A stretch of 45,792 nucleotides of DNA, from assembly GCA_023150835.1 (NCBI GenBank), contig JAKLKB010000040.1, positions 1 to 45,792 on the forward strand. Direction: 5' to 3'. Each line of letters opens with the position of its first letter. Position 1 is the stretch's first letter. The position numbers and the translations under genes are program-made. The notes under the pieces are model-generated. The model did not search any database, had not been told where the DNA came from, and saw nothing but the letters and a program-made list of their open reading frames with translations. Positions 20,081 through 31,200 of the stretch are shown in pieces. This stretch comes from Myxococcota bacterium (GTDB lineage Bacteria; Myxococcota_C; UBA6777).

Positions 20081-20318
20081 AGAAAAGAGACTGAACTGTC
20101 ATACCGATACGAAAAAGGCCGATGTTCTGGCGCGGGCGGTTCGCGAACCGCCCGTGTATCGGGACATCGAGCAGCGGACGGACACGCTCACACAACAACA
20201 GATGTTTGCGTAGGGGCAGTAGTTCGAGCAAGGAACATCCGCTTTTTTGCCTTTTGTTTGACTTTTTACGTACAAACGTGTTGTCTTTCCGACAGCACAG
20301 ACGAAGTGTCCGAGTGTT
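19993..20318. mobile_element. 326-bp segment bounded by 22-bp inverted repeats (MITE-like)
   Basis: AACACTCGGACACATCGTCTGT (19993-20014) vs ACAGACGAAGTGTCCGAGTGTT (20297-20318): 21/22 inverted match; no clear target-site duplication; no transposase. Confidence 0.5.
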
Positions 20319-20380
20319 AGCCCTCTGTGGCTGCCCAAGAATCGGGCGGTTCGCGAACCGCCCCTGCGTCGTGCGATCAC
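20134..20380. repeat. Cluster of REP-type palindromes
   Basis: Perfect palindrome GGGCGGTTCGCGAACCGCCC at 20134-20153 and 20344-20363; split REP GTAGGGGCAG (20210) / CCCTCTGTGGCTGCCC (20321). Confidence 0.75.
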
Positions 20381-20465
20381 ACACCTCGCGGATTTCGTAT
20401 AAGGCCCCCTCCTCCCGAACGCTTCAAGGTTGTTTGCTATGTTCAGAAAACAAAGAAAAGCAACA

Positions 20466-22082
20466 TCACCGAGCCGTCCTCACCACCCTCATCCCAAAAC
20501 TACCGTAGCGGTCAGTAGGCGGGCTATAGGTGCGATATGCAGCCCGCATGGCAAACGCAGCACCTCCATACGCACCGCTCCTGATCACACGAAGACTGCC
20601 CACTTCAGCGCCGATCGGGTTGGTAACGCTTGGTACTGGATAAGAAGCAGAATACCAGTCGTAACACCACTCGTGCATATTTCCCGTCATGTCACGCAGC
20701 CCCCACGCATTTGCATCTTTCCCTCCCACTGGCTTTGTCGAGTTTCCACTATTGCACCTGTACCAAGCGATCTCGTCCGCTTTGGGGTCGGAAGGAAGGC
20801 AGTCTTCGTTTGTTCGTGTATAATCTCCGTTGTAGAAAGCAGTTGTCGTTCCGGCGCGATAGGCATACTCCCATTCGGATTCTGTAGGAAGACGATAACC
20901 AAGGCAAGCGTAGTAACCGACGCCAACATAAGCAGGTTTCACAACACAAGTCACAGTAGCCTGCGAACCCGTGCAATCGTAGCATCCCGATAATCCTGCT
21001 GCCTGCGAAACTGCGTTGGCATAAGCCGCAGCTTCATGCCAACTGACGCTGTCGACGGGGCAAGTATCTACGCAACTTTTGTTGTTGGACAGGTTATAGC
21101 CCATAAACGCTAGGAATTGTTTTTGTGTGACTTCGGTCTCTTGCATCCAAAACGCCCTTGTCAGAGTCACCTCGTGTTGCGTTTCGTGCGCTTCTCTTCT
21201 TGGCTCCGTCGCAGGGCTACCCATCGTAAATGTCCCCGCAGGGATATAACGCAGAGAAAATTGAATACCTTTCAAAGGAATGATTTGTTCGGCTCCGGCC
21301 TTCAGCAGGCACTTTCCTTCCACGCAAGCTTCTTTCTGTTGGCACGGTTGACCACAACTTCCGCAATGCTTGTCGTCTTTTTTGAGATCCACACACGCCC
21401 CACTGCAATCCGTGTTGGGGGGGGGGCAATTCGGCGTTGTTTTTTTACATTCTCCTTCTTGGCAAGTTTCATCGCTCGCGCAACTTGTGCTATCGAATCC
21501 CGATCCATCGGCCTTGCAGACCAGAGCTTTGTTGCTTTCGCATTTCTTCTCTCCCGCTTTGCAAACAGGCTCTACTTTTTTCTTACATTCTCCATTTTCG
21601 CAAGTCTCGTCGCTCGCGCAATTGGTGCTATCAAACCCTGAGCCATCGGCCTTGCAGACCAGAGCCTTGTTGCTTTCGCATTTTTTCTCCCCTGCTTTGC
21701 AAACAGGCTCTACTTTTTTCTTACATTCTCCACTTTCGCAAGTCTGATCACTTGCGCAATTGATGCTATCAAACCCCGAGCCATCGGCCTTGCAGACCAG
21801 AGCTTTGTTGCTTTCGCATTTTTTCTCCCCTGCTTTGCAAGCAGGCTCAGCTTTTTTCTTACATTCTCCACTTTCGCAAGTCTGATCACTCGCACAATTG
21901 GTGCTATCGAACCCCGATCCATCGGCTTTGCAGACCAAAGCTTTGCTGCCATCGCATTTCTTTGAATTGGGGGTGCATACACTTTCGCCGCCCGCTTTGC
22001 ATCCCGTATTGGGCAAAAAACTGAAACAAACGAGGAAAAGAAAACACGCGACAAGAAATAACTTTGCCTTTTTGATCGACAT
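20466..22082 (-). CDS. Lipoprotein with Cys-rich repeats and C-terminal FGE-sulfatase (SUMF1/C-type-lectin-fold) domain
   Basis: Signal peptide ending LPNTGC; 4x46-aa six-Cys repeat; CVDLKKDDKHCGSCG motif; FTMGSP, YRLPTESEWEYAYRAG, NAWGLRDMTGNMHEWCYD, GMRVVR. Confidence 0.88.
   Translation of the reverse strand: MSIKKAKLFLVACFLFLVCFSFLPNTGCKAGGESVCTPNSKKCDGSKALVCKADGSGFDSTNCASDQTCESGECKKKAEPACKAGEKKCESNKALVCKADGSGFDSINCASDQTCESGECKKKVEPVCKAGEKKCESNKALVCKADGSGFDSTNCASDETCENGECKKKVEPVCKAGEKKCESNKALVCKADGSGFDSTSCASDETCQEGECKKTTPNCPPPNTDCSGACVDLKKDDKHCGSCGQPCQQKEACVEGKCLLKAGAEQIIPLKGIQFSLRYIPAGTFTMGSPATEPRREAHETQHEVTLTRAFWMQETEVTQKQFLAFMGYNLSNNKSCVDTCPVDSVSWHEAAAYANAVSQAAGLSGCYDCTGSQATVTCVVKPAYVGVGYYACLGYRLPTESEWEYAYRAGTTTAFYNGDYTRTNEDCLPSDPKADEIAWYRCNSGNSTKPVGGKDANAWGLRDMTGNMHEWCYDWYSASYPVPSVTNPIGAEVGSLRVIRSGAYGGAAFAMRAAYRTYSPPTDRYGSFGMRVVRTAR
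21437..21980 (-). repeat. Four 138-bp tandem repeats (46-aa Cys-rich unit)
   Basis: CCATCGGC..TGCAGACCA recurs at 21505, 21643, 21781, 21919 (period 138). Confidence 0.95.
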
Positions 22083-22252
22083 CCTTGTGGCCTCCTTGTA
22101 CACGATATCGCTTCGGGGAGCGCCCCCAAAAGCCTCAGTTGTACGTACTCTGTTGTTTGGGGCGTGGACTCTTTTGCAACACGCCTGTCAGAGAGTGGGC
22201 AAGGCAATATTCGATGGGTGAATTTTTTTTGAAAAAGTATCGGGATGGCGCG

Positions 22253-22382
22253 GTGGCTAAAAAACTCCGTGTTCGCAGCACATCAAGCGAGACGGCTGTT
22301 GGTTTGAAAAAGGCTGCTCGCTCCGCCAAACACGGGTTCAAGGGAGCCGCGCTCCCTTGTGGGGTGTGGGGTCAAACCCAAA
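22253..22382 (-). repeat. ~130-bp dispersed structured element, copy C
   Basis: Reverse complement GGGTTTGACCCCACACCCCACAAGGGAGC..GCTCCCTTGAACCCGTG..GGCGGAGCGA..TCGCTTGATGTG..GCGAACACGGAGTTTT..GCCAC matches copies A and B. Confidence 0.85.
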
Positions 22383-22408
22383 GCCATCGTTCTGCGTTGT
22401 TGTGCGGA

Positions 22409-25400
22409 TCAGTCGTCGCTGGCGAGAAGCTGAGAGGCCGAAAGAGAGAGGGGTGGGGATTGTGCGGAACCTTCGAGAAGAAGGGAGGGAAGGTCTTTAT
22501 CGGCTTCGAGGATCAGGTGTGCCTTGAGGGGTGGAGCGTCAGGTTGGGACATGGCTTGAAGCAGCATACGGCTCAAAGGACGGGCAACATAGCGTTCGAT
22601 GGCGCGCAAGAGCGGTCGCGCCCCAAGCGAAGGGTCGAGGCTTTTTTTGACGAGAGCGGCCAAAGCATCGTCGTCTCCGCGTAGATGGACATCTTGTGCA
22701 GCGGCACGTTCGGCCAATTCATCGAAGTGCATGCGTGCGATCTTGAGTAGGTCTTCTTCGACGAGGGGTTGGAAGAGGATGGTTTCGTCGACGCGGTTAA
22801 GGAATTCGGGTCGGAAAAAGCGCCGTAGTTCGGAATCGATCTCTTCTTTGGGGACGGCATCTTCTTCGGAGACTTGGAAGCCGACGGCTTTGCGTTGTCG
22901 TTGGAAACGTTCGGCGAGCAAGTTGGAGGTCATGATAAAGACAGCGTGTCGACCATCTACGGTGCGGCCCAAAGAGTCGGTCAATCGGCCTTCTTCAAAC
23001 AATTGCAAGAAGAGATCGAGGACTTCGGGATGGGCTTTTTCGATCTCGTCCATCAACACGACGCTATAGGGGCGATGGTGAAGTTGTGCGAGGATCTGGC
23101 GCTCTTCGCCGTACCCGACATAACCGGGGGGAGCGCCGATCAGTCGAGAAGTGCTGTGCTTTTCGGCATACTCGGACATATCGAGGCGGATTAAGGCGGA
23201 TTCTTGGCCGAAGAGTTCTCGGGCCAAACAACGGCAAAGCTCGGTTTTGCCGACCCCACTCGGTCCCAAGAACAACATCACAGCGGTGGGTCGGCTGGCG
23301 CGTTTGAGGCCAGCGCGTCCCATCTGTATGGCTTGGGAAACCGCCTTGACAGCGGGTTCTTGGCCGAGGACACGTTGGGCGAGACGTTCTTGGAGTTTGA
23401 GCAAGCGGATGCTTTCTTCGAGGGAGATCTCGCCCACAGGGATGCCAGTCCAATCAGCGAGGACTTTGAAGACGGGAGCTTCGGTGACAAGGGGCCGCTG
23501 TTCGGGAGAGCGCAGTTTGCCTTCGGAAGTCAAGAGCGACGCAGCATATCCACGTAAAGTGACCAAAGCACAGGCTTCATCGATCAAATCGAGCGCCTTG
23601 TCAGGAAGGCGTCGGTCGGGCAAGTAGCGCACGGCAAGTTCGACGGCAGATCGCATGACTTCATCGGAGATCTCGACTTTGTGGTGTTCTTCGTAGCCGT
23701 GACGTGCGCCAAAAAGGATATCCATCGTTTCTTCCATCGACGGTTCTTCGAGGAATAGCGGGTGGAATCGACGTTCAAGGGCGGCGTCTTTTTCGATGTG
23801 TTTGCGGTATTCAACAGGAGTCGTGGCTCCGATGCAACGCAACTCTCCACGCGCAAGGGCGGGTTTTAGGATATTGGCGGCATCAAGTGTGCCTTGGTGT
23901 GTTTCGCCTGCGCCCACAACGGTATGGAATTCATCGAGAAAGAGGATGACTTCGGGATGTTCGCGTGCTTCGCGGATCACCATCGTCAAGCGCTCTTCAA
24001 AGTCACCGCGATAACGGGTTCCTGCGACGAGGCTGGAGAGGGAAAGCTCGACAAGACGGCGTCCACGCAGATCTTCGGGGACAGCGTGGGCGACAATACG
24101 CTGTGCCAGACCTTCGACAAGGGCGGTTTTTCCGACCCCTGCTTCTCCGATGATCAGGGGGTTGTTTTTGAAACGGCGCAAGAGGATCTGTGCCAAGCGC
24201 ATCAGTTCTTCGGAACGCCCCGTCAGCGGGGGCAATGCGCCTTGTTCCGCAAGCAGCGTCAGGTCTCGACCGTAGCGATCGATGGTGGGCGTTTCACCGC
24301 CCGGACGCACGCGGGCTTGGGGGATCTCTCCGCGCAAGAGTTTTTCGTAGAGCTTTTGCGGATCAGCGCCCATCTTTTTGAGGACTTCAAAGGCCAAGCC
24401 TTCGCCGCTTTGCAAGATGGAGGCAAGCAAGTGTTTTTCGCGGACAAGGTGATCGTTGTCTTTGCGCGCTACACTTTCTGCGGCTTTGAGCGCACGAGCG
24501 CAGCGTTGCGTGGGGAGGATCTTGGCGTCGAGCGTGGCATGACCAAAGCCCAAAGCGTAGCGGATGGTATCGCGGACTTTTTTGGGATCGAAGCCCGAGG
24601 TTTCGAGCAAAGCACGCGTCACACCACCGGGACACTTGGTGAGGCCGATAAACAAGTGCGGTGTTCCGATAAAATCTTGGCGAAGGTTCTTGGCTTCCAT
24701 CAGGGCGATGCCGATGGCTTGTTCGAGATCGAAGTCGTATTCGAGCGTTCCGCCTTCCATCGAAAGGGAAGCATCGGCGGGGTTGGCCGCAGGTCCATTT
24801 ACGATGGAGGGGTCGGAACCACCGGAGTTTGCACTTACAGAAGAAGCTCCCGCAGAGGCACTTGCGGGTTCAAGAGAACGCAGCGGAACGGCTGTTTTGT
24901 TGCGAGCATCGGGTTGTTGCAACAGCAAGACGCCGGGATCGCCAAAAAAGACGAAGCTGGACCACGAAGCGTCTTGAGGATTGCGTTGGAGGAAGCGGCG
25001 ACGCGCTTTCATCAAGGCTTCTGCGGGGGGAGTTCGCTCAAACAAAAAGCGGTAGTAGTCGCTGATCATCTGGCGACCACCGCTTGTAAAGTTCGGTCGC
25101 AGCGCGATCACAACACCTTGGACGCCTTCGTCGAGCAGAGAGGAAGCAAAGGAAACGACCGTTGCGGGGGCGTTTGGCGGATGGGCATCGTCTGGGTGGA
25201 AATGAAAGAAAGCCCACAGCGGCCCCGAAAAGACGGTGCGAAGGCTTTTTGGGGTGAGTGGTTCGTTGCGGAGGGGGATCTGGGGTCCGCCGATGGGTTC
25301 AAACGAAGCGCGTGCAGCGACATGCAAGAGCGTGGGTTGAGAGGGTTTGTGGTGGGCTTTGAGGGCTTCTTGAAGGAGAATCCGATCGGTGGCTTCGGAA

Positions 25401-25936
25401 CCAACGAGGCTACGGCTTTGACGGAGCGGCAACTGGTCGGATATCACGTCGATCTCACGGTGTGCTTCTTCGAAGTCGCCGAGCAGGTCGCTCAACATCA
25501 CCACATGAAGATCATCGGGTGCGATGCCTTTGACCACTTCGGTGACCATGCTTGTCGACTCAAACCAGCTCGGCAAGCGGCCCATCGGAGCGCGCAGACC
25601 AAAGTATTCTTCGCCGTCGTGCAAGATCTCCCACGGAAACAGGGGATCTCCGCCACAGATCGCGATAGGCTGTTGATTTTGTTTAAGGATGGTGCGGAAT
25701 TCTTCGGGGATCAACAAGCGGTACAGCGTTTTGCCGATCTCCAAAAGCGTCGGTTGATCAACGCCTTTTTTCCCGGCAGCTGCGTCGTGTGCAAATGCCA
25801 TCATCTTCTGTAGTTCGGTGTCCCCTCGCTCGCCAAGATCTCGCCGAAACTCCATCGGGCCTTGGCGTGGACCCGCAAACCAACGAAATCGAAGAAGAGA
25901 ACCCTTTTTGGTGAGGTGCAGCTTGGGTGTATGCAT
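22409..25936 (-). CDS. CHAT-like domain fused to Clp-N and ClpA/ClpC-type double AAA+ ATPase
   Basis: N-term FPWEILHDG...[10 protein letters not shown] (CHAT hallmarks); Clp-[22 protein letters not shown]1 [24 protein letters not shown]2 [24 protein letters not shown] loop. Confidence 0.88.
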   Translation of the reverse strand: MHTPKLHLTKKGSLLRFRWFAGPRQGPMEFRRDLGERGDTELQKMMAFAHDAAAGKKGVDQPTLLEIGKTLYRLLIPEEFRTILKQNQQPIAICGGDPLFPWEILHDGEEYFGLRAPMGRLPSWFESTSMVTEVVKGIAPDDLHVVMLSDLLGDFEEAHREIDVISDQLPLRQSRSLVGSEATDRILLQEALKAHHKPSQPTLLHVAARASFEPIGGPQIPLRNEPLTPKSLRTVFSGPLWAFFHFHPDDAHPPNAPATVVSFASSLLDEGVQGVVIALRPNFTSGGRQMISDYYRFLFERTPPAEALMKARRRFLQRNPQDASWSSFVFFGDPGVLLLQQPDARNKTAVPLRSLEPASASAGASSVSANSGGSDPSIVNGPAANPADASLSMEGGTLEYDFDLEQAIGIALMEAKNLRQDFIGTPHLFIGLTKCPGGVTRALLETSGFDPKKVRDTIRYALGFGHATLDAKILPTQRCARALKAAESVARKDNDHLVREKHLLASILQSGEGLAFEVLKKMGADPQKLYEKLLRGEIPQARVRPGGETPTIDRYGRDLTLLAEQGALPPLTGRSEELMRLAQILLRRFKNNPLIIGEAGVGKTALVEGLAQRIVAHAVPEDLRGRRLVELSLSSLVAGTRYRGDFEERLTMVIREAREHPEVILFLDEFHTVVGAGETHQGTLDAANILKPALARGELRCIGATTPVEYRKHIEKDAALERRFHPLFLEEPSMEETMDILFGARHGYEEHHKVEISDEVMRSAVELAVRYLPDRRLPDKALDLIDEACALVTLRGYAASLLTSEGKLRSPEQRPLVTEAPVFKVLADWTGIPVGEISLEESIRLLKLQERLAQRVLGQEPAVKAVSQAIQMGRAGLKRASRPTAVMLFLGPSGVGKTELCRCLARELFGQESALIRLDMSEYAEKHSTSRLIGAPPGYVGYGEERQILAQLHHRPYSVVLMDEIEKAHPEVLDLFLQLFEEGRLTDSLGRTVDGRHAVFIMTSNLLAERFQRQRKAVGFQVSEEDAVPKEEIDSELRRFFRPEFLNRVDETILFQPLVEEDLLKIARMHFDELAERAAAQDVHLRGDDDALAALVKKSLDPSLGARPLLRAIERYVARPLSRMLLQAMSQPDAPPLKAHLILEADKDLPSLLLEGSAQSPPLSLSASQLLASDD

Positions 25937-26131
25937 CGTAACCGTCGTTTCAATGGGCGCACCGAATCCGCTCGGGCGCGATGGAGGCTACCTCGCGGGG
26001 AGACAAGGCGTCCTTGCCTGTCTCTAGGCCGATCTTGTGTATGATAGTCCACACGCCCACCCCTGTAAAGAGCAACCACCGATCCTTTCCCTCAACAAAC
26101 TTCGCGCCCACCCACCCAAAAACCAGCGTAA

Positions 26132-26871
26132 TCATGCCGATCTCCACAACAATCCTTGCCCCCACAAAGCTCCCAGCGTATCGCCTTCCGTCAAAAGGCT
26201 TCGGACTTGTGCGTTATCCTTGATGCGGAACACCTTTGTGAATCCCTCTTTTTTCTCAAACCCAAACACTTCTTCCACCTTCGCAGCATCCAACAATTTA
26301 GGGGAATGTGTGCTGATCATCACTTGCCCACCCCGCCTCGCATAATCACGAAACTCCTCTGCAAGTTCTCGCATAAGCATCGGATACAACTGGTTTTCTG
26401 GTTCTTCCACACAAAGCAGTGGATGCGGTGATGGATCATGCAAAAGAACCAGATAAGCGAACATCTTGATCGTGCCATCGGAGACATGACTCGGACGAGC
26501 TGCATGGATACGAAAATCGGAAAGGTGCCAACGCTCGATCAATCGGCGAAATGCACTCACGACCTTAAATCGTTCAAACTGACCAAGTCCTTTGATAGCG
26601 GGGATATCTGGGGAGTCTTCACGGAATTAGATCTCCCAAAAGATATCCCCGCCGTCTTGTTCGCGGCTGCGCAGTTCCTTCATCCCACCGCGCCGAGAAA
26701 CCGCCACAGAAGCATTGTGTTGCAGAACATCACGCAAAAATCCGAACACATCAAAAAACGTCGACTTTCCGCCCCCATTTGCTCCCACAAAAAACGCAAG
26801 GGGGGAATACGTTCGATCGTCACATCACGAAAAACCCGAAAATTTTTGATCGTCATCCGTTCGATACGCAT
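26132..26871 (-). pseudogene. Decayed ABC-type (AAA_21/AAA_15-like) ATPase
   Basis: MRIERMTIKNFR, frameshift at C6 run, then FVGANGGGKST (Walker A) in another frame; later SDGTIK, LLCVEEPENQLYP, STHSP; much shorter than full family members, implying internal deletions. Confidence 0.8.
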
Positions 26872-26967
26872 ACAGAACTATCCTTTCGACACGGCAGAAA
26901 ACAAAGCTGAGCGAAAATACGATCCTGCTCTTCGCAGGATCGCCAAATGTCCGAAATGACGCATCGG

Positions 26968-27921
26968 CTAGGAGAGATGGCTTCTCTCGTCACGGGCATA
27001 CAGCCACAAAGGCTCCGCAGCCCGCCGAAATGTCAGTCGCTGACCAAAAGAAACTTGGTGACGTACCCAAGGCCCATCCAAAAACAACGTGGATTTGCGG
27101 GTGCGCGAGGTCATCCCCAACGTCTGCTCTGCGGTGACGAATCCGTGTATCAGTTCGGGCGGAGGCTCCCAAGGCAGCGGATAGATCTCGCGCACGCGAT
27201 ATTGCAACCGCGTGTCCGACAACGGCATCCGCTCTCCACCCGCCGACAGCATCGCAGCCGTAGAACCCGTTGCTGTCGCGATCCACACTCCACTCGAACG
27301 CTGCACTTCGCATCGCTCTCCCATCACCATCTCATAACGACTCGTCGCCGCAGGGATCGGATGGGCGAACAAGATATCGTTGAGTGCCAAAGGCCGCAGC
27401 GGTTCACCATCCACAAGCACCTCGATCCGCGTGAGTCCCAACAACGCAAGCGCTCCTGACTGGACGCGATCCAAAGCCTGTTCAAATCCCGATGCGTCCG
27501 TCGCCATCAGATGCCCGACCGAAGAAGAAGGAGACGAATTCACCCCAAGCAGCGGCACACTTCCGTACATCTTACGCGCTGCCTCTAACAAAGTACCGTC
27601 CCCTCCGATCGCAACCACCAGATCAAAATCATCCACCGTTTGCGGATTTGCGCGATAGACCCAACGTGATCGGATGTCTCGTTCTTTCAAGACAGCGCGG
27701 ACTTGTTCAAACGCAGCCTCGTTCTCTTGGTGGCTGCGCAGCATCTTCAACGCTGCGGGATCCTGTTGTTCCAAAAGGGCCGAGATATGGGGATCTCCAT
27801 GCTCTTTTACATAGATCTGGAAGTCGCTTTTTTTGTAGATCACCAGTACGTTTTGGATCGTTCGTTTCACGCCAAACCCTCTCCGTCTGTTCTTTTGTTT
27901 GGATGCGTCGACATCACTCAC
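26968..27921 (-). CDS. nadK: NAD(+)/NADH kinase
   Basis: GGDGTLL, LGVN, ALND, ATATGSTAAMLSAGG; start may be GTG ~27870. Confidence 0.88.
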   Translation of the reverse strand: MSDVDASKQKNRRRGFGVKRTIQNVLVIYKKSDFQIYVKEHGDPHISALLEQQDPAALKMLRSHQENEAAFEQVRAVLKERDIRSRWVYRANPQTVDDFDLVVAIGGDGTLLEAARKMYGSVPLLGVNSSPSSSVGHLMATDASGFEQALDRVQSGALALLGLTRIEVLVDGEPLRPLALNDILFAHPIPAATSRYEMVMGERCEVQRSSGVWIATATGSTAAMLSAGGERMPLSDTRLQYRVREIYPLPWEPPPELIHGFVTAEQTLGMTSRTRKSTLFLDGPWVRHQVSFGQRLTFRRAAEPLWLYARDERSHLS

Positions 27922-28205
27922 CCACGCGCTCCAACACCTCGCACTTATGCACTTTCAACATCACACATCGATACTGACACGCCTCAAGATACGCCACCAT
28001 ACCGACTCGAAGAAACAAGAGCCATCCATCCTATCCACAAACACCGAAAAATATGCCACATCTGAAAGAAGCACTCGCAAAGAAAGCGATGGCTTTTTTG
28101 TTTTGTTGCGTATGAAGTGGATCATCCACACCTTGCTGCGTCGTCTCAAAAGCGCAAAAGCATCCCCAAGACGCGTAAGCCCATAACCCCCGAAAGGAGC
28201 GAGAG

Positions 28206-31200
28206 ATGTCGTGGATTTATCCCGAACGTTGGTCTGGTTGGTCGGAACACGCCCGCGTAGGAGGCGGATTATTCGACGATCCCCATCGTTTCGCACGGAT
28301 GGTGCAGGCTTGTTGGGAGCAATACAGCCAACAAAACGACCTCGCACGTCGCACACCGCTCACTCCGCTCCCTCAACTGCGCCTCGTCTTCTCCCAAGAT
28401 GCCCTCGCCCAAGAACAATGGGCCCCTTGCTTCCAATCCCTCGAACTCTGGTTCAATCCCACCCTCAACGGCTTGGCCCTGCCTTTTGCGCTGCATCCGC
28501 CGACACACGACGAAGCCGCTCTACTACGCGAACCACGCCATTTTTTCTTTCACCTCGAAAGCCCCCGACGCCAAGCCCTGCGCTGTTTGTTTTTGCTTGG
28601 TGAGCAGATCATCGGCGCGATCCCGCTCGGTGAAGTCCAACTCAACGGAGATACACGCACTTTTACGGTCACTCGCCGCTTTGGTATCACAACAAAAAGC
28701 TCGGATCTGTCGCGCTGTATCGACGCCAATCCGATCGCCAACGACCTTCCCTCCGCGATGCGCGATGACTTGCGCTATCTTGGATGGCGACTGGTCTTTC
28801 GGATGTGGGGCGGCGAAGAAGAGATCCAGATCGAAGATGTCGCCGCAACAGGCCGACTCAACGGCGGGATCTTTCAATTACACGACGGCTTGCGCTGCCC
28901 TCTCGGGCAGGCCCTGACCCTCTACGAAGGCCACGAAGACGGCACCCCGCGACCGGCCCTCCGCCTTCGGATGTTGCTCGTCCCCAACGATATCCAGCCC
29001 GCCCCACCCCAGATCGTTCACCTCCAAGCCTTCGCCCACACCAGCGAAGGCCACCCCCCACAGATCGAGTTCCAAGCGTGGCTACGAAACGGCCCTCTCG
29101 ACGATCAGCTCTTGACCTTGGCTCTCCTTGAACAAGGCGCGCAGTTCCAACTCCAAGAAGACGGAACCACCGAAGATGGCGCACTTCACCGCTACCGTTT
29201 GTTAACCGCCCTTCCACCACGATTGCACGCAGGCGATCCCCTCACCTATCGGCTGCTCGGGCAAAATCGCTATGGCTTATCCTTTTCGACCCGCCCCCAA
29301 GAACTCACCCTCCAACAAACCACCCGCGTCCAATTCCAAGGGCCTCGCGTCGTACAACGACGACAACTCGAACAAGATTGGGAGGTGCGTTTTCGCCTCG
29401 AAACCCCCGTCCCTGTCGGATCGATCGATCTTGCTTCGCTGACGTTGTGGTTGCGTGCCGACGAAGCACCTGCGATCTCTATCCCCTTGGCTCATGTCCA
29501 AAAAGAGAGCTTGGTCTTTCGGTTTTTGCCACGTGTGATCCAGATGCAGATGCCCCTTGAGCGCATCCTCCAAGCGCGACAACTCCATCTCTGGCTCGAA
29601 CAACATCCCGACGAAGAATCCTCCGAAACCTTCCCTTCGTGGCGACTTTGTCTCGCAGGCAACCAAGCCCAACAACCGCGTGTCTCGTTGCGCATCGTCC
29701 GCTTTGATGCTTCCGATCACCTGATCGCAAGCGGCACAGAAACGCTCTTGCCCTTGCATGGCGAACTACAGATCGAAGGGTTTCGCCTTCAAATCCTCCC
29801 AAGTCTCTACGATACCCGTCAGTCCGCCACCAGCGAACGCGAGATCTGGGATCTGGTCTTGTGTGAAGACGAAGACGGACCACGCCGCGTCCGCCTCACC
29901 CACCAAGGGGCGGGATGGATGCGTGTTCAACGCCTCACAAAAAACACTCCACCTCCCGCCCACCCCGTTCGCGCCTTTTGGCTCAGTTGCAGCCCCGAAG
30001 ACCAGATCATCCCCCACCCCAACGAGCGCAACCCCGAAGGTGGCCCCTGCTTCGCTTTTGGCCTTGGATGGGGACAAACCCAAGAGATGGCACAGATCCG
30101 CCCCACCCAAGAAGGCTTTCGCCTTGCTCGCCATCGAACCCATCTCGTCGTTCGCACCGATCAAACCGAACTGATCGTCAGCCCTTATACCCATCCCGAA
30201 GGCATCCTGCTCAACCAAGATCCCCAACAAGGTTGGCTACTTGTCGATCAAGTCCTCCTGCACTATCGCTGTTTTCAAGAGGACACTTGGCTTCACGCCG
30301 ATATCACTTTGCTTGGCTACCTCTGCAAGCGCCAACCCTCCGCTGCCCTTTTGCAATTTTCGCTCGGCGAAACCACAAATCTCCCTGCGATCTTGCCCCA
30401 CCTCCCGCACATTCGACTCGCCAGCCAAGGCCCCGCAGGACGTCTCACCTTCCAGCTTCCCGCACCCATGACACGCCGCGATCCCGATCGTTATCTTCTC
30501 CAAGAACACTCCACCCCCACCCTCCCGCAGCCCCTACAGTGGGGACAACGCTATCAACGCGGTCGCTTCGCCTTTTCCTGTTGGCGACTCACACCCACCC
30601 CCTCCGCATCCCCACAAGGCGGAACACTTCAACACGATATCCTCCTCGATATCCGCCAACAAACAGGCCGCAAGCACTTTGCGCTGGCCGTTGTCACTGG
30701 GCGCCTTGGCTATTGGAGCGAAGGGTCGGCCTTTTTGCAACAAACGGGCGTAGCAGCCCCCTTGTTTGCGCCCGATCACCCGCGCAAACTTCCCGACGGC
30801 CTAGAAGCGCCCGCTGGTGAGCTGATCGTCGGAACCGATCCGCGCTTCGCCGACCTCGTGATTCCTACGTTCTATCCAACCGATGCAACCGTCCTCTTCA
30901 GCATCGCGTATCGCGATGCGCAATGGTGGGTCCGTCCTTTTCAAGCCCCTTGTCTCGGCCAATCCCTGCAATTTCTCCATGATGGCGGCCTCACCCGCAG
31001 CGAGACGCTTTGGACAACGCCTTCTCCCTTGACCCCCGAAGAAGAACCTTGGAAGTGGTGGCGCTGCGGCTCCGCTCTATTCGAACTCAGCGTGGCCACC
31101 CATGACCGCGAAGAATACCCCAACACCGACGCGATGCTTTCGCTGCGGGGCCTGTTTTGCGCCGCCACAGATCGCTTGATGATCGGCGGTCCTCCCCGTC

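Noticed and set aside
20466-20620. FGE-domain C-terminus as a diversity-generating retroelement variable region
   Set aside because: No template repeat differing at adenines and no reverse transcriptase seen in the window
23894-25813. 639-aa plus-strand ORF
   Set aside because: Antisense shadow of the CHAT-Clp gene; no recognisable motifs
22409-25936. T6SS ClpV (TssH)
   Set aside because: No T6SS structural genes nearby; has ClpP-docking-like VGF and an extra CHAT-like domain
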